A DNA stretch of 64,000 nt from Squalus acanthias. Lineage: Eukaryota. Of the stretch, positions 13,949 through 28,337 are shown in pieces (position 1 is the stretch's first letter; each line of letters opens with the position of its first letter). The stretch lies in the NCBI GenBank assembly GCA_030390025.1, contig JASTWF010000035.1:4464001-4528000 (forward strand). The letters run 5' to 3'. The notes beneath the pieces were generated by a model. The model saw nothing but the letters and a program-made list of their open reading frames with translations. It searched no databases and was not told the DNA's origin. Position numbers and translations under genes: made by a program.

Positions 13949-14359
13949 GCTGTGTGTGTGTGTGTGTGTGTGTGTGTGTCGCTGTGTGTGTGTGTGTGTC
14001 GCTGTGTGTGTGTGTGTGTGTCGCTGTGTGTGTGTGTGTGTGTGCTGTGTGTGTGTCGCTGTGTGTGTGTGTCGCTGTGTGTGTGTGTGTGTGTGTCGCT
14101 GTGTGTGTGTGTGTGTCGCTGTGTGTGTGTGTGTGTGTGTCGCTGTGTGTGTGTGTGTGTCGCTGGTGTGTGTGTGTGTGTGTGTCGCTGTGTGTGTGTG
14201 TGTGTCGCTGTGTGTGTGTGTGTGTCGCTGGGTGTGTGTGTGTGTGTGTCGCTGTGTGTGTGTGTGTGTCGCTGTGTGTGTGTGTGTCGCTGGGTGTGTG
14301 TGTGTGTGTGTGTCGCTGTGTGTGTGTGTGTGTCGCTGTGTGTGTGTGTGTGTGTGTCG

Positions 14360-14394
<35 letters not shown>

Positions 14395-14661
14395 GCTGTG
14401 TGTGTGTGTGTCGCTGTGTGTGTGTGTGTGTGTCGCTGTGTGTGTGTGTGTCGCTGTGTGTGTGTGTGTCGCTGTGTGTGTGTGTGTGTCGCTGTGTGTG
14501 TGTGTGTGTGTGTCGCTGTGTGTGTGTGTGTGTCGCTGGGTGTGTGTGTGTGTCGCTGTGTGTGTCGCTGTGTGTGTGTCGCTGTGTGTGTGTGTGTGTG
14601 TGTGTGTGTGTCGCTGTGTGTGTGTGTCGCTGTGTGTGTGTGTGTCGCTGTGTGTGTGTCG

Positions 14662-14700
<39 letters not shown>

Positions 14701-14849
14701 GCTGTGTGTGTGTGTGTGTCGCTGTGTGTGTGTGTGTGTCGCTGTGTGTGTGTGTGTGTCGCTGTGTGTGTGTGTGTGTGTGTGTGTCGCTGTGTGTGTG
14801 TGTGTGTGTGTGTGTGTCGCTGTGTGTGTGTGTGTGTGTGTGTGTGTCG

Positions 14850-14898
<49 letters not shown>

Positions 14899-14899
14899 G

Positions 14900-14938
<39 letters not shown>

Positions 14939-14939
14939 G

Positions 14940-14976
<37 letters not shown>

Positions 14977-14995
14977 GCTGTGTGTGTGTGTGTCG

Positions 14996-15028
<33 letters not shown>

Positions 15029-15490
15029 GCTGTGTGTGTGTGTGTGTGTGTGTGTGTGTCGCTGTGTGTGTGTGTGTGTCGCTGTGTGTGTGTGTGTGTG
15101 TGTGTGTGTGTCGCTGTGTGTGTGTGTGTGTCGCTGTGTGTGTGTGTGTCGCTGTGTGTGTGTGTGTGTGTGCTGTGTGTGTGTCGCTGTGTGTGTGTGT
15201 CGCTGTGTGTGTGTGTGTGTGTCGCTGTGTGTGTGTGTGTGTCGCTGTGTGTGTGTGTGTGTGTGTCGCTGTGTGTGTGTGTGTGTCGCTGGGTGTGTGT
15301 GTGTGTGTGTGTCGCTGTGTGTGTGTGTGTGTCGCTGTGTGTGTGTGTGTGTCGCTGGGTGTGTGTGTGTGTGTGTGTCGCTGTGTGTGTGTGTGTGTCG
15401 CTGTGTGTGTGTGTGTGTCGCTGGGTGTGTGTGTGTGTGTGTGTCGCTGTGTGTGTGTGTGTGTCGCTGTGTGTGTGTGTGTGTGTGTCG

Positions 15491-15525
<35 letters not shown>

Positions 15526-15712
15526 GCTGTGTGTGTGTGTGTCGCTGTGTGTGTGTGTGTGTGTCGCTGTGTGTGTGTGTGTCGCTGTGTGTGTGTGTGT
15601 CGCTGTGTGTGTGTGTGTGTCGCTGTGTGTGTGTGTGTGTGTGTCGCTGTGTGTGTGTGTGTGTCGCTGGGTGTGTGTGTGTGTCGCTGTGTGTGTCGCT
15701 GTGTGTGTGTCG

Positions 15713-15745
<33 letters not shown>

Positions 15746-16000
15746 GCTGTGTGTGTGTGTGTCGCTGTGTGTGTGTGTGTGTCGCTGTGTGTGTGTGTGT
15801 CGCTGTGTGTGTGTGTGTCGCTGTGTGTGTGTCGCTGTGTGTGTGTGTGTGTGTGTCGCTGTGTGTGTGTGTGTGTGTGTCGCTGTGTGTGTGTGTGTGT
15901 GTGTGTCGCTGTGTGTGTGTCGCTGTGTGTGTGTGTGTGTGTGTCGCTGTGTGTGTGTGTGTGTGTGTCGCTGTGTGTGTGTGTCGCTGTGTGTGTGTCG

Positions 16001-16035
<35 letters not shown>

Positions 16036-16078
16036 GCTGTGTGTGTGTGTGTGTGTGTGTGTGTCGCTGTGTGTGTCG

Positions 16079-16113
<35 letters not shown>

Positions 16114-16325
16114 GCTGTGTGTGTGTGTGTGTGTGTGTGTGTCGCTGTGTGTGTCGCTGTGTGTGTGTGTGTGCAGTGTGTGTGTGTCGCTGTGTGTGGT
16201 GTGTGTGTGTGTGTGTGTGTGTCGCTGTGTGTGTGTCTGTCGCTGTGTGTGTGTGTGTGCAGTGTGTGTGTGTCGCTGTGTGTGTGTGTGTGTGTGTGTC
16301 GCTGTGTGTGTGTGTGTGTGTGTCG

Positions 16326-16360
<35 letters not shown>

Positions 16361-16663
16361 GCTGTGTGTGTGTGTGTGTGTCGCTGTGTGTGTGTGTGTG
16401 TGTCGCTGTGTGTGTGTGTGTGTCGCTGTGTGTGTGTCGCTGTGTGTGTGTCGCTGTGTGTGTGTGTGTGTCGCTGTGTGTGTGTGTGTGTGTGTGTCGC
16501 TGTGTGTGTGTGTGTGTGTCGCTGTGTGTGTGTGTGTGTGTCGCTGTGTGTGTGTGTGTGTGTGTGTGTGTCGCTGTGTGTGTGTGTGTGTCGCTGTGTG
16601 TGTGTGTGTGTGTCGCTGTGTGTGTGTGTGTGTGTCGCTGTGTGTGTGTGTGTGTGTGTGTGG

Positions 16664-16708
<45 letters not shown>

Positions 16709-16735
16709 GCTGTGTGTGTGTGTGTGTGTGTGTCG

Positions 16736-16772
<37 letters not shown>

Positions 16773-16847
16773 GCTGGGTGTGTGTGTCGCTGTGTGTGTG
16801 TGTGTGTGTGTGTCGCTGTGTGTGTGTGTGTGTGTGTGTGTGTGTCG

Positions 16848-16882
<35 letters not shown>

Positions 16883-16899
16883 GCTGTGTGTGTGTGTCG

Positions 16900-16954
<55 letters not shown>

Positions 16955-17029
16955 GCTGTGTGTGTGTGTGTGTGTGTCGCTGTGTGTGTGTGTGTGTGTG
17001 TGTGTGTCGCTGTGTGTGTGTGTGTGTCG

Positions 17030-17068
<39 letters not shown>

Positions 17069-17366
17069 GCTTGTGTGTGTGTGTGTGTGTGTGTGTGTGT
17101 CGCTGTGTGTGTGTGTGTGTGTCGCTGTGTGTGTGTGTGTGTGTCGCTGTGTGTGTGTGTGTGTGTCGCTGTGTGTGTGTGTCGCTGTGTGTGTGTGTGT
17201 GTGTGTCGCTGTGTGTGTGTGTGTCGCTGTGTGTGTGTGTGTGTGTGTGTGTGTGTCGCTGTGTGTGTGTGTGTCGCTGTGTGTGTGTGTCGCTGTGTGT
17301 GTGTGTCGCTGTGTGTGTGTGTGTGTGTGTCGCTGTGTGTGTGTGTGTCGCTGTGTGTGTGTGTCG

Positions 17367-17399
<33 letters not shown>

Positions 17400-17870
17400 G
17401 CTGTGTGTGTGTGTCGCTGTGTGTGTGTGTCGCTGTGTGTGTGTGTGTGTGTGTCGCTGTGTGTGTGTGTGTGTGTCGCTGTGTGTGTGTGTCGCTGTGT
17501 GTGTGTGTCGCTGTGTGTGTGTGTGTGTGTGTCGCTGTGTGTGTGTGTGTGTGTCGCTGTGTGTGTGTGTCGCTGTGTGTGTGTGTGTGTGTGTCGCTGT
17601 GTGTGTGTGTGTGTGTCGCTGTGTGTGTGTGTGTGTCGCTGTGTGTGTGTGTGTGTCGCTGTGTGTGTCGCTGTGTGTGTGTGTGTGTCGCTGTGTGTGT
17701 GTGTCGCTGTGTGTGTGTGTGTGTGTCGCTGTGTGTGTGTGTGTGTCGCTGTGTGTGTGTGTGTCGCTGTGTGTGTCGCTGTGTGTGTGTGTGTGTCGCT
17801 GTGTGTGTGTGTGTCGCTGTGTGTGTGTGTGTCGCTGTGTGTGTGTGTGTCGCTGTGTGTGTGTGTGTCG

Positions 17871-17913
<43 letters not shown>

Positions 17914-18058
17914 GCTGTGTGTGTGTGTGTGTGTGTCGCTGTGTGTGTGTGTGTGTGTGTCGCTGTGTGTGTGTGTCGCTGTGTGTGTGTGTGTCGCTGT
18001 GTGTGTGTGTGTCGCTGTGTGTGTGTGTGTGTGTCGCTGTGTGTGTGTGTGTGTGTCG

Positions 18059-18099
<41 letters not shown>

Positions 18100-18232
18100 G
18101 CTGTGTGTGTGTGTGTGTCGCTGTGTGTGTGTGTGTGTCGCTGTGTGTGTGTGTGTGTGTGTCGCTGTGTGTGTGTGTGTGTGTGTGTCGCTGTGTGTGT
18201 GTGTGTGTGTGTCGCTGTGTGTGTGTGTGTCG

Positions 18233-18265
<33 letters not shown>

Positions 18266-19506
18266 GCTGTGTGTGTGTGTGTGTCGCTGTGTGTGTGTGT
18301 GTGTCGCTGTGTGTGTGTGTGTGTGTGTGTGTCGCTGTGTGTGTGTGTGTCGCTGTGTGTGTGTGTGTGTCGCTGTGTGTGTGTGTGTGTGTCGCTGTGT
18401 GTGTGTGTGTGTGTGTCGCTGTGTGTGTGTGTGTGTGTGTGTGTGTCGCTGTGTGTGTGTGTGTGTCGCTGTGTGTGTGTGTGTGTGTGTGTGTCGCTGT
18501 GTGTGTGTGTCGCTGTGTGTGTGTGTCGCTGTGTGTGTGTGTGTGTGTGTGTGTCGCTGTGTGTGTGTGTCGCTGTGTGTGTGTGTCGCTGTGTGTGTGT
18601 GTGTGTGTGTGTCGCTGTGTGTGTGTGTCGCTGTGTGTGTGTGTCGCTGTGTGTGTGTGTGTGTCGCTGTGTGTGTGTGTGTGTGTGTGTGTCGCTGTGT
18701 GTGTGTGTCGCTGTGTGTGTGTGTCGCTGTGTGTGTGTGTGTGTGTGTCGCTGTGTGTGTGTGTGTGTGTGTGTGTGTCGCTGTGTGTGTGTGTGTGTGT
18801 GTCGCTGTGTGTGTGTGTCGCTGTGTGTGTGTGTCGCTGTGTGTGTGTGTGTGTGTGTCGCTGTGTGTGTGTGTGTGTGTGTGTGTGTCGCTGTGTGTGT
18901 GTGTGTGTGTGTCGCTGTGTGTGTGTGTGTGTCGCTGTGTGTGTGTGTGTGTCGCTGTGTGTGTGTGTGTGTGTCGCTGTGTGTGTGTGTGTGTGTGTCG
19001 CTGTGTGTGTGTGTGTGTGTGTCGCTGTGTGTGTGTGTCGCTGTGTGTGTGTGTGTGTCGCTGTGTGTGTGTGTGTGTCGCTGTGTGTGTGTGTGTCGCT
19101 GTGTGTGTGTGTGTGTGTGTGTCGCTGTGTGTGTGTGTCGCTGTGTGTGTGTGTGTGTCGCTGTGTGTGTGTGTCGCTGTGTGTGTGTGTGTGTGTCGCT
19201 GTGTGTGTGTGTGTGTGTGTGTCGCTGTGTGTGTGTGTGTGTCGCTGTGTGTGTGTGTGTGTGTGTGTGTCGCTGTGTGTGTGTGTGTGTGTGTCGCTGT
19301 GTGTGTGTGTGTGTCGCTGTGTGTGTGTGTGTGTGTCGCTGTGTGTGTGTGTGTGTCGCTGTGTGTGTGTGTGTGTCGCTGTGTGTGTGTGTGTGTCGCT
19401 GTGTGTGTGTGTGTGTCGCTGTGTGTGTGTGTGTGTGTGTCGCTGTGTGTGTGTGTGTGTCGCTGTGTGTGTCTGTGTGTGTGTGTCGCTGTGTGTGTGT
19501 GTGTCG

Positions 19507-19541
<35 letters not shown>

Positions 19542-20470
19542 GCTGTGTGTGTGTGTGTGTGTGTGTGTGTCGCTGTGTGTGTGTGTGTGTGTCGCTGTGT
19601 GGCTGTGTGTCGCTGTGTGTGTGTGTGTGTGTGTGTGTGTCGCTGTGTGTGTGTGTGTGTGTCTGTGTGTGTGTGTGTGTGTCGCTGTGTGTGTGTGTGT
19701 GTGTCTGTGTGTGTGTGTGTGTGTCGCTGTGTGTGTGTGTGTGTGTCGCTGTGTGTGTGTGTGTGTGTCGCTGTGTGTGTGTGTGTGTGTCGCTGTGTGT
19801 GTGTGTCGCTGTGTGTGTGTGTCGCTGTGTGTGTGTGTGTGTGTCGCTGTGTGTGTGTGTGTGTGTCGCTGTGTGTGTGTGTGTGTCGCTGTGTGTGTGT
19901 GTGTCGCTGTGTGTGTGTGTGTGTGTCGCTGTGTGTGTGTGTGTGTGTCTGTGTGTGTGTGTGTGTGTCGCTGTGTGTGTGTGTGTGTCGCTGTGTGTGT
20001 GTGTCGCTGTGTGTGTGTGTGTGTCGCTGTGTGTGTGTGTGTGTCGCTGTGTGTGTGTGTGTGTCGCTGTGTGTGTGTGTCGCTGTGTGTGTGTGTGTGT
20101 CGCTGTGTGTGTGTGTGTGTCGCTGTGTGTGTCGCTGTGTGTGTGTCGCTGGGTGTGTGTGTCGCTGTGTGTGTGTGTGTGTCGCTGTGTGTGTGTGTGT
20201 GTCGCTGTGTGTGTGTGTGTGTCGCTGTGTGTGTGTGTCGCTGTGTGTGTGTGTGTGTCGCTGTGTGTGTGTGTGTGTCGCTGTGTGTGTGTGTGTGTGT
20301 GTGTCGCTGTGTGTGTGTGTGTCGCTGTGTGTGTGTGTGTGTCGCTGTGTGTGTGTGTGTGTCGCTGTGTGTGTCGCTGTGTGTGTGTGTGTGTGTGTGT
20401 CTGTGTGTCGCTGTGTGTGTGTGTGTGTCGCTGTGTGTGTGTGTGTGTGTGTGTGTCGCTGTGTGTGTCG

Positions 20471-20513
<43 letters not shown>

Positions 20514-20514
20514 G

Positions 20515-20549
<35 letters not shown>

Positions 20550-20612
20550 GCTGTGTGTGTGTGTGTGTGTGTGTGTGTGTCGCTGTGTGTGTGTGTGTGT
20601 GTGTGTGTGTCG

Positions 20613-20647
<35 letters not shown>

Positions 20648-20774
20648 GCTGTGTGTGTGTGTCGCTGTGTGTGTGTCGCTGTGTCGCTGTGTGTGTGTGT
20701 GTCGCTGTGTGTGTGTGTCGCTGTGTGTGTGTGTCGCTGTGTGTGTGTGTGTGTCGCTGTGTGTGTGTGTGTCG

Positions 20775-20825
<51 letters not shown>

Positions 20826-20826
20826 G

Positions 20827-20881
<55 letters not shown>

Positions 20882-21430
20882 GCTGTGTGTGTGTGTCGCT
20901 GTGTGTGTGTGTGTGTGTGTGTCGCTGTGTGTGTGTGTGTGTGTGTCGCTGTGTGTGTGTCGCTGTGTGTGTGTGTGTGTGTGTGTGTCGCTGGGTGTGT
21001 GTGTGTGTGTGTCGCTGTGTGTGTGTGTCTGTGTGTGTGTGTGTGTGTCGCTGTGTGTGTGTGTCGCTGTGTGTGTGTGTGTGTGTGTCGCTGTGTGTGT
21101 GTGTGTGTGTGTCGCTGTGTGTGTGTGTGTCGCTCTGTGTGTGTGTGTCGCTCTGTGTGTGTGTGTGTGTCGCTCTGTGTGTGTCGCTGTGTGTGTGTGT
21201 GTGTCGCTGTGTGTGTGTGTGTCGCTCTGTGTGTGTGTGTGTCGCTGTGTGTGTGTGTCGCTGTGTGTGTGTGTGTCGCTGTGTGTGTGTGTGTGTCGCT
21301 GTGTGTGTGTGTCGCTGTGTGTGTGTGTGTCGCTCTGTGTGTGTGTGTCGCTGTGTGTGTGTGTGTGTGTGTCGCTGTGTGTGTGTGTGTCGCTGTGTGT
21401 GTGTGTGTCGCTGTGTGTGTGTGTGTGTCG

Positions 21431-21473
<43 letters not shown>

Positions 21474-22160
21474 GCTGTGTGTCGCTGTGTGTGTGTGTGT
21501 CGCTGTGTGTGTGTGTGTCGCTGTGTGTGTGTGTGTGTGTCGCTCTGTGTGTGTGTGTCGCTCTGTGTGTGTGTGTCGCTCTGTGTGTGTGTGTGTGTCG
21601 CTCTGTGTGTGTCGCTGTGTGTGTGTGTCGCTGTGTGTGTGTGTGTCGCTGTGTGTGTGTGTGTGTGTGTGTGTCGCTGTGTGTGTGTGTGTCGCTGTGT
21701 GTGTGTGTGTCGCTGTGTGTGTGTGTGTCGCTCTGTGTGTGTGTGTCGCTGTGTGTGTGTGTGTGTGTGTCGCTGTGTGTGTGTGTCTGTGTCTGTGTGT
21801 GTGTGTGTCGCTGTGTGTGTGTGTGTCGCTGTGTGTGTGTGTGTCGCTGTGTGTGTGTGTGTCGCTGTGTGTGTGTGTGTGTGTGTCGCTGTGTGTGTGT
21901 GTGTGTGTGTGTCTGTCTGTGTGTCGCTGTGTGTGTGTGTGTGTCTGTGTGTGTGTGTGTGTGTCGCTGTGTGTGTGTGTGTGTGTGTGTCTGTGTCTGT
22001 GTGTCGCTGTGTGTGTGTGTCTGTGTGTGTGTCGCTGTGTGTGTCTGTGTGTGTGTGTGTGTGTGTCTGTGTGTGTGTGTGTGTGTGAGTCGCTGTGTGT
22101 GTGTGTGTGTCGCTGTGTGTGTCTGTGTGTGTGTGTCTGTGTGTGTGTGTGTGTGTGTCG

Positions 22161-22193
<33 letters not shown>

Positions 22194-22524
22194 GCTGTGT
22201 GTGTGTGTGTGTGTGTCGCTGTGTGTGTGTGTGTGTGTGTGTCTGTGTGTGTGTCTGTGTGTCGCTGTGTGTGTGTGTGTGTCTGTGTGTGTGTGTGTGT
22301 GTCGCTGTGTGTGTGTGTGTGTGTGTGTCTGTGTGTGTGTGTGTGTGTCGCTGTGTGTGTGTGTGTGTCGCTGTGTGTGTGTGTCTGTGTGTGTGTCGCT
22401 GTGTGTGTCTGTGTGTGTGTGTGTGTGTGTCTGTGTGTGTGTGTGTGTGTGAGTCGCTGTGTGTGTGTGTGTGTCGCTGTGTGTGTCTGTGTGTGTGTGT
22501 CTGTGTGTGTGTGTGTGTGTGTCG

Positions 22525-22567
<43 letters not shown>

Positions 22568-22642
22568 GCTGTGTGTGTGTGTGTGTCGCTGTGTGTGTGT
22601 GTGTCGCTGTGTGTGTCGCTGTGTGTGTGTGTGTGTGTGTCG

Positions 22643-22687
<45 letters not shown>

Positions 22688-22790
22688 GCTGTGTGTGTGT
22701 GTGTCGCTGTGTGTGTGTGTGTCGCTGTGTGTGTCGCTGTGTGTGTGTGTCGCTGTGTGTGTGTGTGTGTCGCTGTGTGTGTGTGTGTCG

Positions 22791-22835
<45 letters not shown>

Positions 22836-23946
22836 GCTGTGTGTGTGTGTGTGTCGCTGTGTGTGTGTGTCGCTGTGTGTGTCGCTGTGTGTGTGTGTGT
22901 GTGTCGCTGTGTGTGTGTGTGTGTGTGTGTGTCGCTGTGTGTGTGTGTGTGTGTGTGTGTCGCTGTGTGTGTGTGTGTCGCTGTGTGTGTGTGTGTGTGT
23001 CGCTGTGTGTGTGTGTGTGTGTGTGTGTCGCTGTGTGTGTGTGTGTGTCGCTGTGTGTGTGTGTGTGTGTGTGTGTCGCTGTGTGTGTGTGTGTGTGTGT
23101 GTGTCGCTGTGTGTGTGTGTGTCGCTGTGTGTGTGTGTGTGTGTCGCTGTGTGTGTGTGTGTCGCTGTGTGTGTGTCGCTGTGTGTGTGTCGCTGTGTGT
23201 GTGTGTGTGTGTGTGTGTCGCTGTGTGTGTGTGTGTGTCGCTGTGTGTGTGTGTGTCGCTGTGTGTGTGTCGCTGTGTGTGTGTCGCTGTGTGTGTGTGT
23301 GTGTCGCTGTGTGTGTGTGTGTCGCTGTGTGTGTGTGTCGCTGTGTGTGTGTGTGTGTCGCTGTGTGTGTGTGTGTGTCGCTGTGTGTGTGTGTGTGTGT
23401 GTCGCTGTGTGTGTGTGTGTGTGTGTCGCTGTGTGTGTGTGTGTGTGTGTCGCTGTGTGTGTGTGTGTGTGTGTGTGTGTCTGTGTGTGTGTGTCGCTGT
23501 GTGTGTGTCGCTGTGTGTGTGTGTGTGTCGCTGTGTGTGTGTGTGTGTCGCTGTGTGTGTGTGTCGCTGTGTGTGTGTGTCGCTGTGTGTGTGTGTCGCT
23601 GTGTGTGTGTGTGTGTCGCTGTGTGTGTGTCGCTGTGTGTGTGTGTCGCTGTGTGTGTGTGTCGCTGTGTGTGTGTGTCGCTGTGTGTGTGTGTGTGTCG
23701 CTGTGTGTGTGTGTCGCTGTGTGTGTGTGTCGCTGTGTGTGTGTGTCGCTGTGTGTGTGTGTCGCTGTGTGTGTGTGTGTGTCGCTGTGTGTGTGTGTGT
23801 GTCGCTGTGTGTGTGTGTCGCTGTGTGTGTGTGTGTGTGTCGCTGTGTGTGTGTGTGTCGCTGTGTGTGTGTGTGTGTCGCTGTGTGTGTGTGTGTGTGT
23901 GTGTGTCGCTGTGTGTGTGTGTGTGTGTGTCGCTGTGTGTGTGTCG

Positions 23947-23979
<33 letters not shown>

Positions 23980-24234
23980 GCTGTGTGTGTGTGTCGCTGT
24001 GTGTGTGTGTCGCTGTGTGTGTGTGTGTGTCGCTGTGTGTGTGTGTGTGTCGCTGTGTGTGTGTGTGTCGCTGTGTGTGTGTGTCGCTGTGTGTGTGTGT
24101 GTGTGTGTGTCGCTGTGTGTGTGTGTGTCGCTGTGTGTGTGTGTGTGTGTGTGTGTCGCTGTGTGTGTGTGTGTCGCTGTGTGTGTCGCTGTGTGTGTGT
24201 GTGTGTGTCTGTGTGTCGCTGTGTCTGTGTGTCG

Positions 24235-24275
<41 letters not shown>

Positions 24276-24458
24276 GCTGTGTCTGTGTGTCGCTGTGTGT
24301 GTGTGTGTGTGTCGCTGTGTGTGTGTGTGTCGCTGTGTGTGTGTGTGTCTGTGTGTGTGTGTGTGTCGCTGTGTGTGTGTGTCGCTGTGTGTGTGTGTGT
24401 GTGTGTCGCTGTGTGTGTGTGTGTGTGTGTCGCTGTGTGTGTGTGTGTGTGTGTGTCG

Positions 24459-24495
<37 letters not shown>

Positions 24496-24612
24496 GCTGT
24501 GTGTGTGTGTGTGTGTGTGTGTCGCTGTGTGTGTGTGTGTGTGTGTGTGTGTCGCTGTGTGTGTGTGTGTGTGTGTGTGTGTGTCGCTGTGTGTGTGTGT
24601 GTGTGTGTGTCG

Positions 24613-24647
<35 letters not shown>

Positions 24648-24840
24648 GCTGTGTGTGTGTGTGTGTGTGTGTGTGTCGCTGTGTGTGTGTGTGTGTGTGT
24701 GTGTCGCTGTGTGTGTGTGTGTGTGTGTCGCTGTGTGTGTGTCGCTGTGTGTGTGTGTGTGTGTGTCGCTGTGTGTGTGTGTGTGTGTGTGTGTCGCTGT
24801 GTGTGTGTGTGTGTCTGTGTGTCGCTGTGTCTGTGTGTCG

Positions 24841-24881
<41 letters not shown>

Positions 24882-25742
24882 GCTGTGTGTGTGTGTGTGT
24901 GTGTGTGTCGCTGTGTGTGTGTGTGTGTGTGTGTCTGTGTGTCGCTGTGTCTGTGTGTCGCTGTGTGTGTGTGTGTGTGTGTCGCTGTGTGTGTGTGTGT
25001 GTCTGTGTGTCGCTGTGTCTGTGTGTCGCTGTGTGTGTGTGTGTGTGTGTGTGTGTCGCTGTGTGTGTGTGTCGCTGTGTGTGTGTGTCGCTGTGTGTGT
25101 GTGTGTGTGTGTGTGTCGCTGTGTCTGTGTGTCGCTGTGTGTGTGTGTGTGTGTGTGTGTCGCTGTGTGTGTGTGTGTGTGTGTCGCTGTGTGTGTGTGT
25201 GTGTGTGTGTGAGTGTGTGTCGCTGTGTCTGTGTGTCGCTGTGTGTGTGTGTGTGTGTCGCTGTGTGTGTGTGTGTCGCTGTGTGTGTGTGTGTGTGTGT
25301 CGCTGTGTGTGTGTGTGTCGCTGTGTGTGTGTGTGTCTGTGTGTCGCTGTGTGTGTGTGTGTCTGTGTGTCGCTGTGTGTGTGTGTGTGTGTCGCTGTGT
25401 GTGTGTGTGTCGCTGTGTGTGTGTGTGTGTGTGTCTGTGTGTGTGTTGCTGTGTGTCTGTGTGTCGCTGTGTGTGTGTGTCGCTGTGTGTGTGTGTGTCG
25501 CTGTGTGTGTGTGTGTGTGTGTGTGTCTGTGTGTCGCTGTGTGTGTGTGTCGCTGTGTGTGTGTGTGTGTGTGTGTGTGTCGCTGTGTGTGTGTGTGTGT
25601 GTGTCGCTGTGTGTGTGTGTGTGTGTCGCTGTGTGTGTGTGTGTGTGTGTCGCTGTGTGTGTGTCGCTGTGTGTGTGTCGCTGTGTGTGTGTCGCTGTGT
25701 GTGTGTGTCTGTGTGTCGCTGTGTGTGTGTGTGTGTGTGTCG

Positions 25743-25779
<37 letters not shown>

Positions 25780-25780
25780 G

Positions 25781-25825
<45 letters not shown>

Positions 25826-25854
25826 GCTGTGTGTGTGTGTGTGTGTGTGTGTCG

Positions 25855-25891
<37 letters not shown>

Positions 25892-26162
25892 GCTGTGTGT
25901 GTGTGTGTCGCTGTGTGTGTGTGTGTGTGTGTGTCGCTGTGTGTGTGTGTGTGTGTCGCTGTGTGTGTCGCTGTGTGTGTGTGTGTGTCGCTGTGTGTGT
26001 GTGTGTGTGTGTGTCGCTGTGTGTGTGTGTCGCTGTGTGTGTGTGTGTGTGTGTCGCTGTGTGTGTGTGTGTGTGTGTCGCTGTGTGTGTGTGTGTGTGT
26101 GTCGCTGTGTGTGTGTGTGTCGCTGTGTGTGTGTGTGTGTCGCTGTGTGTGTGTGTGTGTCG

Positions 26163-26197
<35 letters not shown>

Positions 26198-26198
26198 G

Positions 26199-26235
<37 letters not shown>

Positions 26236-26400
26236 GCTGTGTGTGTGTGTGTGTGTCGCTGTGTGTGTGTGTGTGTGTCGCTGTGTGTGTGTGTGTGTCG
26301 CTGTGTGTGTGTGTGTGTGTCGCTGTGTGTGTGTGTGTGTGTGTGTGTGTGTCGCTGTGTGTGTGTGTGTGTGTCGCTGTGTGTGTGTGTGTGTGTGTCG

Positions 26401-26455
<55 letters not shown>

Positions 26456-26514
26456 GCTGTGTGTGTCGCTGTGTGTGTGTGTGTGTGTCGCTGTGTGTGT
26501 GTGTGTGTGTGTCG

Positions 26515-26591
<77 letters not shown>

Positions 26592-26652
26592 GCTGTGTGT
26601 GTCGCTGTGTGTGTGTGTGTGTGTGTCGCTGTGTGTGTGTGTGTGTGTGTCG

Positions 26653-26685
<33 letters not shown>

Positions 26686-26756
26686 GCTGTGTGTGTGTGT
26701 GTGTGTCGCTGTGTGTGTGTGTGTGTGTGTCGCTGTGTGTGTGTGTGTGTGTGTCG

Positions 26757-26789
<33 letters not shown>

Positions 26790-27084
26790 GCTGTGTGTGT
26801 GTGTGTGTGTGTCGCTGTGTGTGTGTGTGTGTGTGTCGCTGTGTGTGTGTGTGTGTCGCTGTGTGTGTGTGTCGCTGTGTGTGTGTGTGTGTGTGTCGCT
26901 GTGTGTGTGTCGCTGTGTGTGTGTCGCTGTGTGTGTGTGTGTGTGTGTCGCTGTGTGTGTGTGTGTGTCGCTGTGTGTGTGTGTGTCGCTGTGTGTGTGT
27001 GTGTCGCTGTGTGTGTGTCAGTCGCTGTGTGTGTGTGTGTGTGTGTCGCTGTGTGTGTGTGTGTGTCGCTGTGTGTGTCAGTCG

Positions 27085-27123
<39 letters not shown>

Positions 27124-27716
27124 GCTGTGTGTGTGTGTGTGTCGCTGTGTGTGTGTGTGTGTGTGTCGCTGTGTGTGTGTGTGTCGCTGTGTGTGTGTGT
27201 GTCGCTGTGTGTGTGTGTGTCGCTGTGTGTGTGTGTGTCGCTGTGTGTGTGTGTGTCGCTGTGTGTGTGTGTGTGTGTCGCTGTGTGTGTGTGTGTGTGT
27301 GTGTGTGTCGCTGTGTGTGTGTGTGTGTGTCGCTGTGTGTGTGTGTGTGTGTCGCTGTGTGTGTGTGTGTGTGTGTGTCGCTGTGTGTGTGTGTGTCGCT
27401 GTGTGTGTCGCTGTGTGTGTGTGTGTCGCTGTGTGTGTGTGTGTCGCTGTGTGTGTGTGTGTCGCTGTGTGTGTGTGTGTGTGTGTCGCTGTGTGTGTGT
27501 GTGTGTGTGTGTCGCTGTGTGTGTGTGTGTGTGTGTGTCGCTGTGTGTGTGTGTGTGTGTCGCTGTGTGTGTGTGTGTGTCGCTGTGTGTGTGTGTGTGT
27601 GTGTGTGTGTGTCGCTGTGTGTGTGTGTGTGTCGCTGTGTGTGTGTGTGTCGCTGTGTGTGTGTGTGTGTGTGTGTCGCTGTGTGTGTGTGTGTGTCGCT
27701 GTGTGTGTGTGTGTCG

Positions 27717-27761
<45 letters not shown>

Positions 27762-27762
27762 G

Positions 27763-27823
<61 letters not shown>

Positions 27824-27850
27824 GCTGTGTGTGTGTGTGTGTGTGTGTCG

Positions 27851-27885
<35 letters not shown>

Positions 27886-28258
27886 GCTGTGTGTGTGTGT
27901 GTGTCGCTGTGTGTGTGTGTGTCGCTGTGTGTGTGTGTGTCGCTGTGTGTGTGTGTGTGTGTGTGTCGCTGTGTGTGTGTGTGTGTGTGTGTGTCGCTGT
28001 GTGTGTGTGTGTGTGTCGCTGTGTGTGTGTGTGTGTCGCTGTGTGTGTGTGTGTCGCTGTGTGTGTGTGTGTGTGTGTCGCTGTGTGTGTGTGTGTGTGT
28101 GTGTGTGTGTCGCTGTGTGTGTGTGTGTGTGTGTGTCGCTGTGTGTCGCTGTGTGTGTGTGTGTCGCTGTGTGTGTGTGTGTCGCTGTGTGTGTGTGTGT
28201 GTGTGTCGCTGTGTGTGTGTGTGTGTGTGTGTCGCTGTGTGTGTGTGTGTGTGTGTCG

Positions 28259-28303
<45 letters not shown>

Positions 28304-28304
28304 G

Positions 28305-28337
<33 letters not shown>
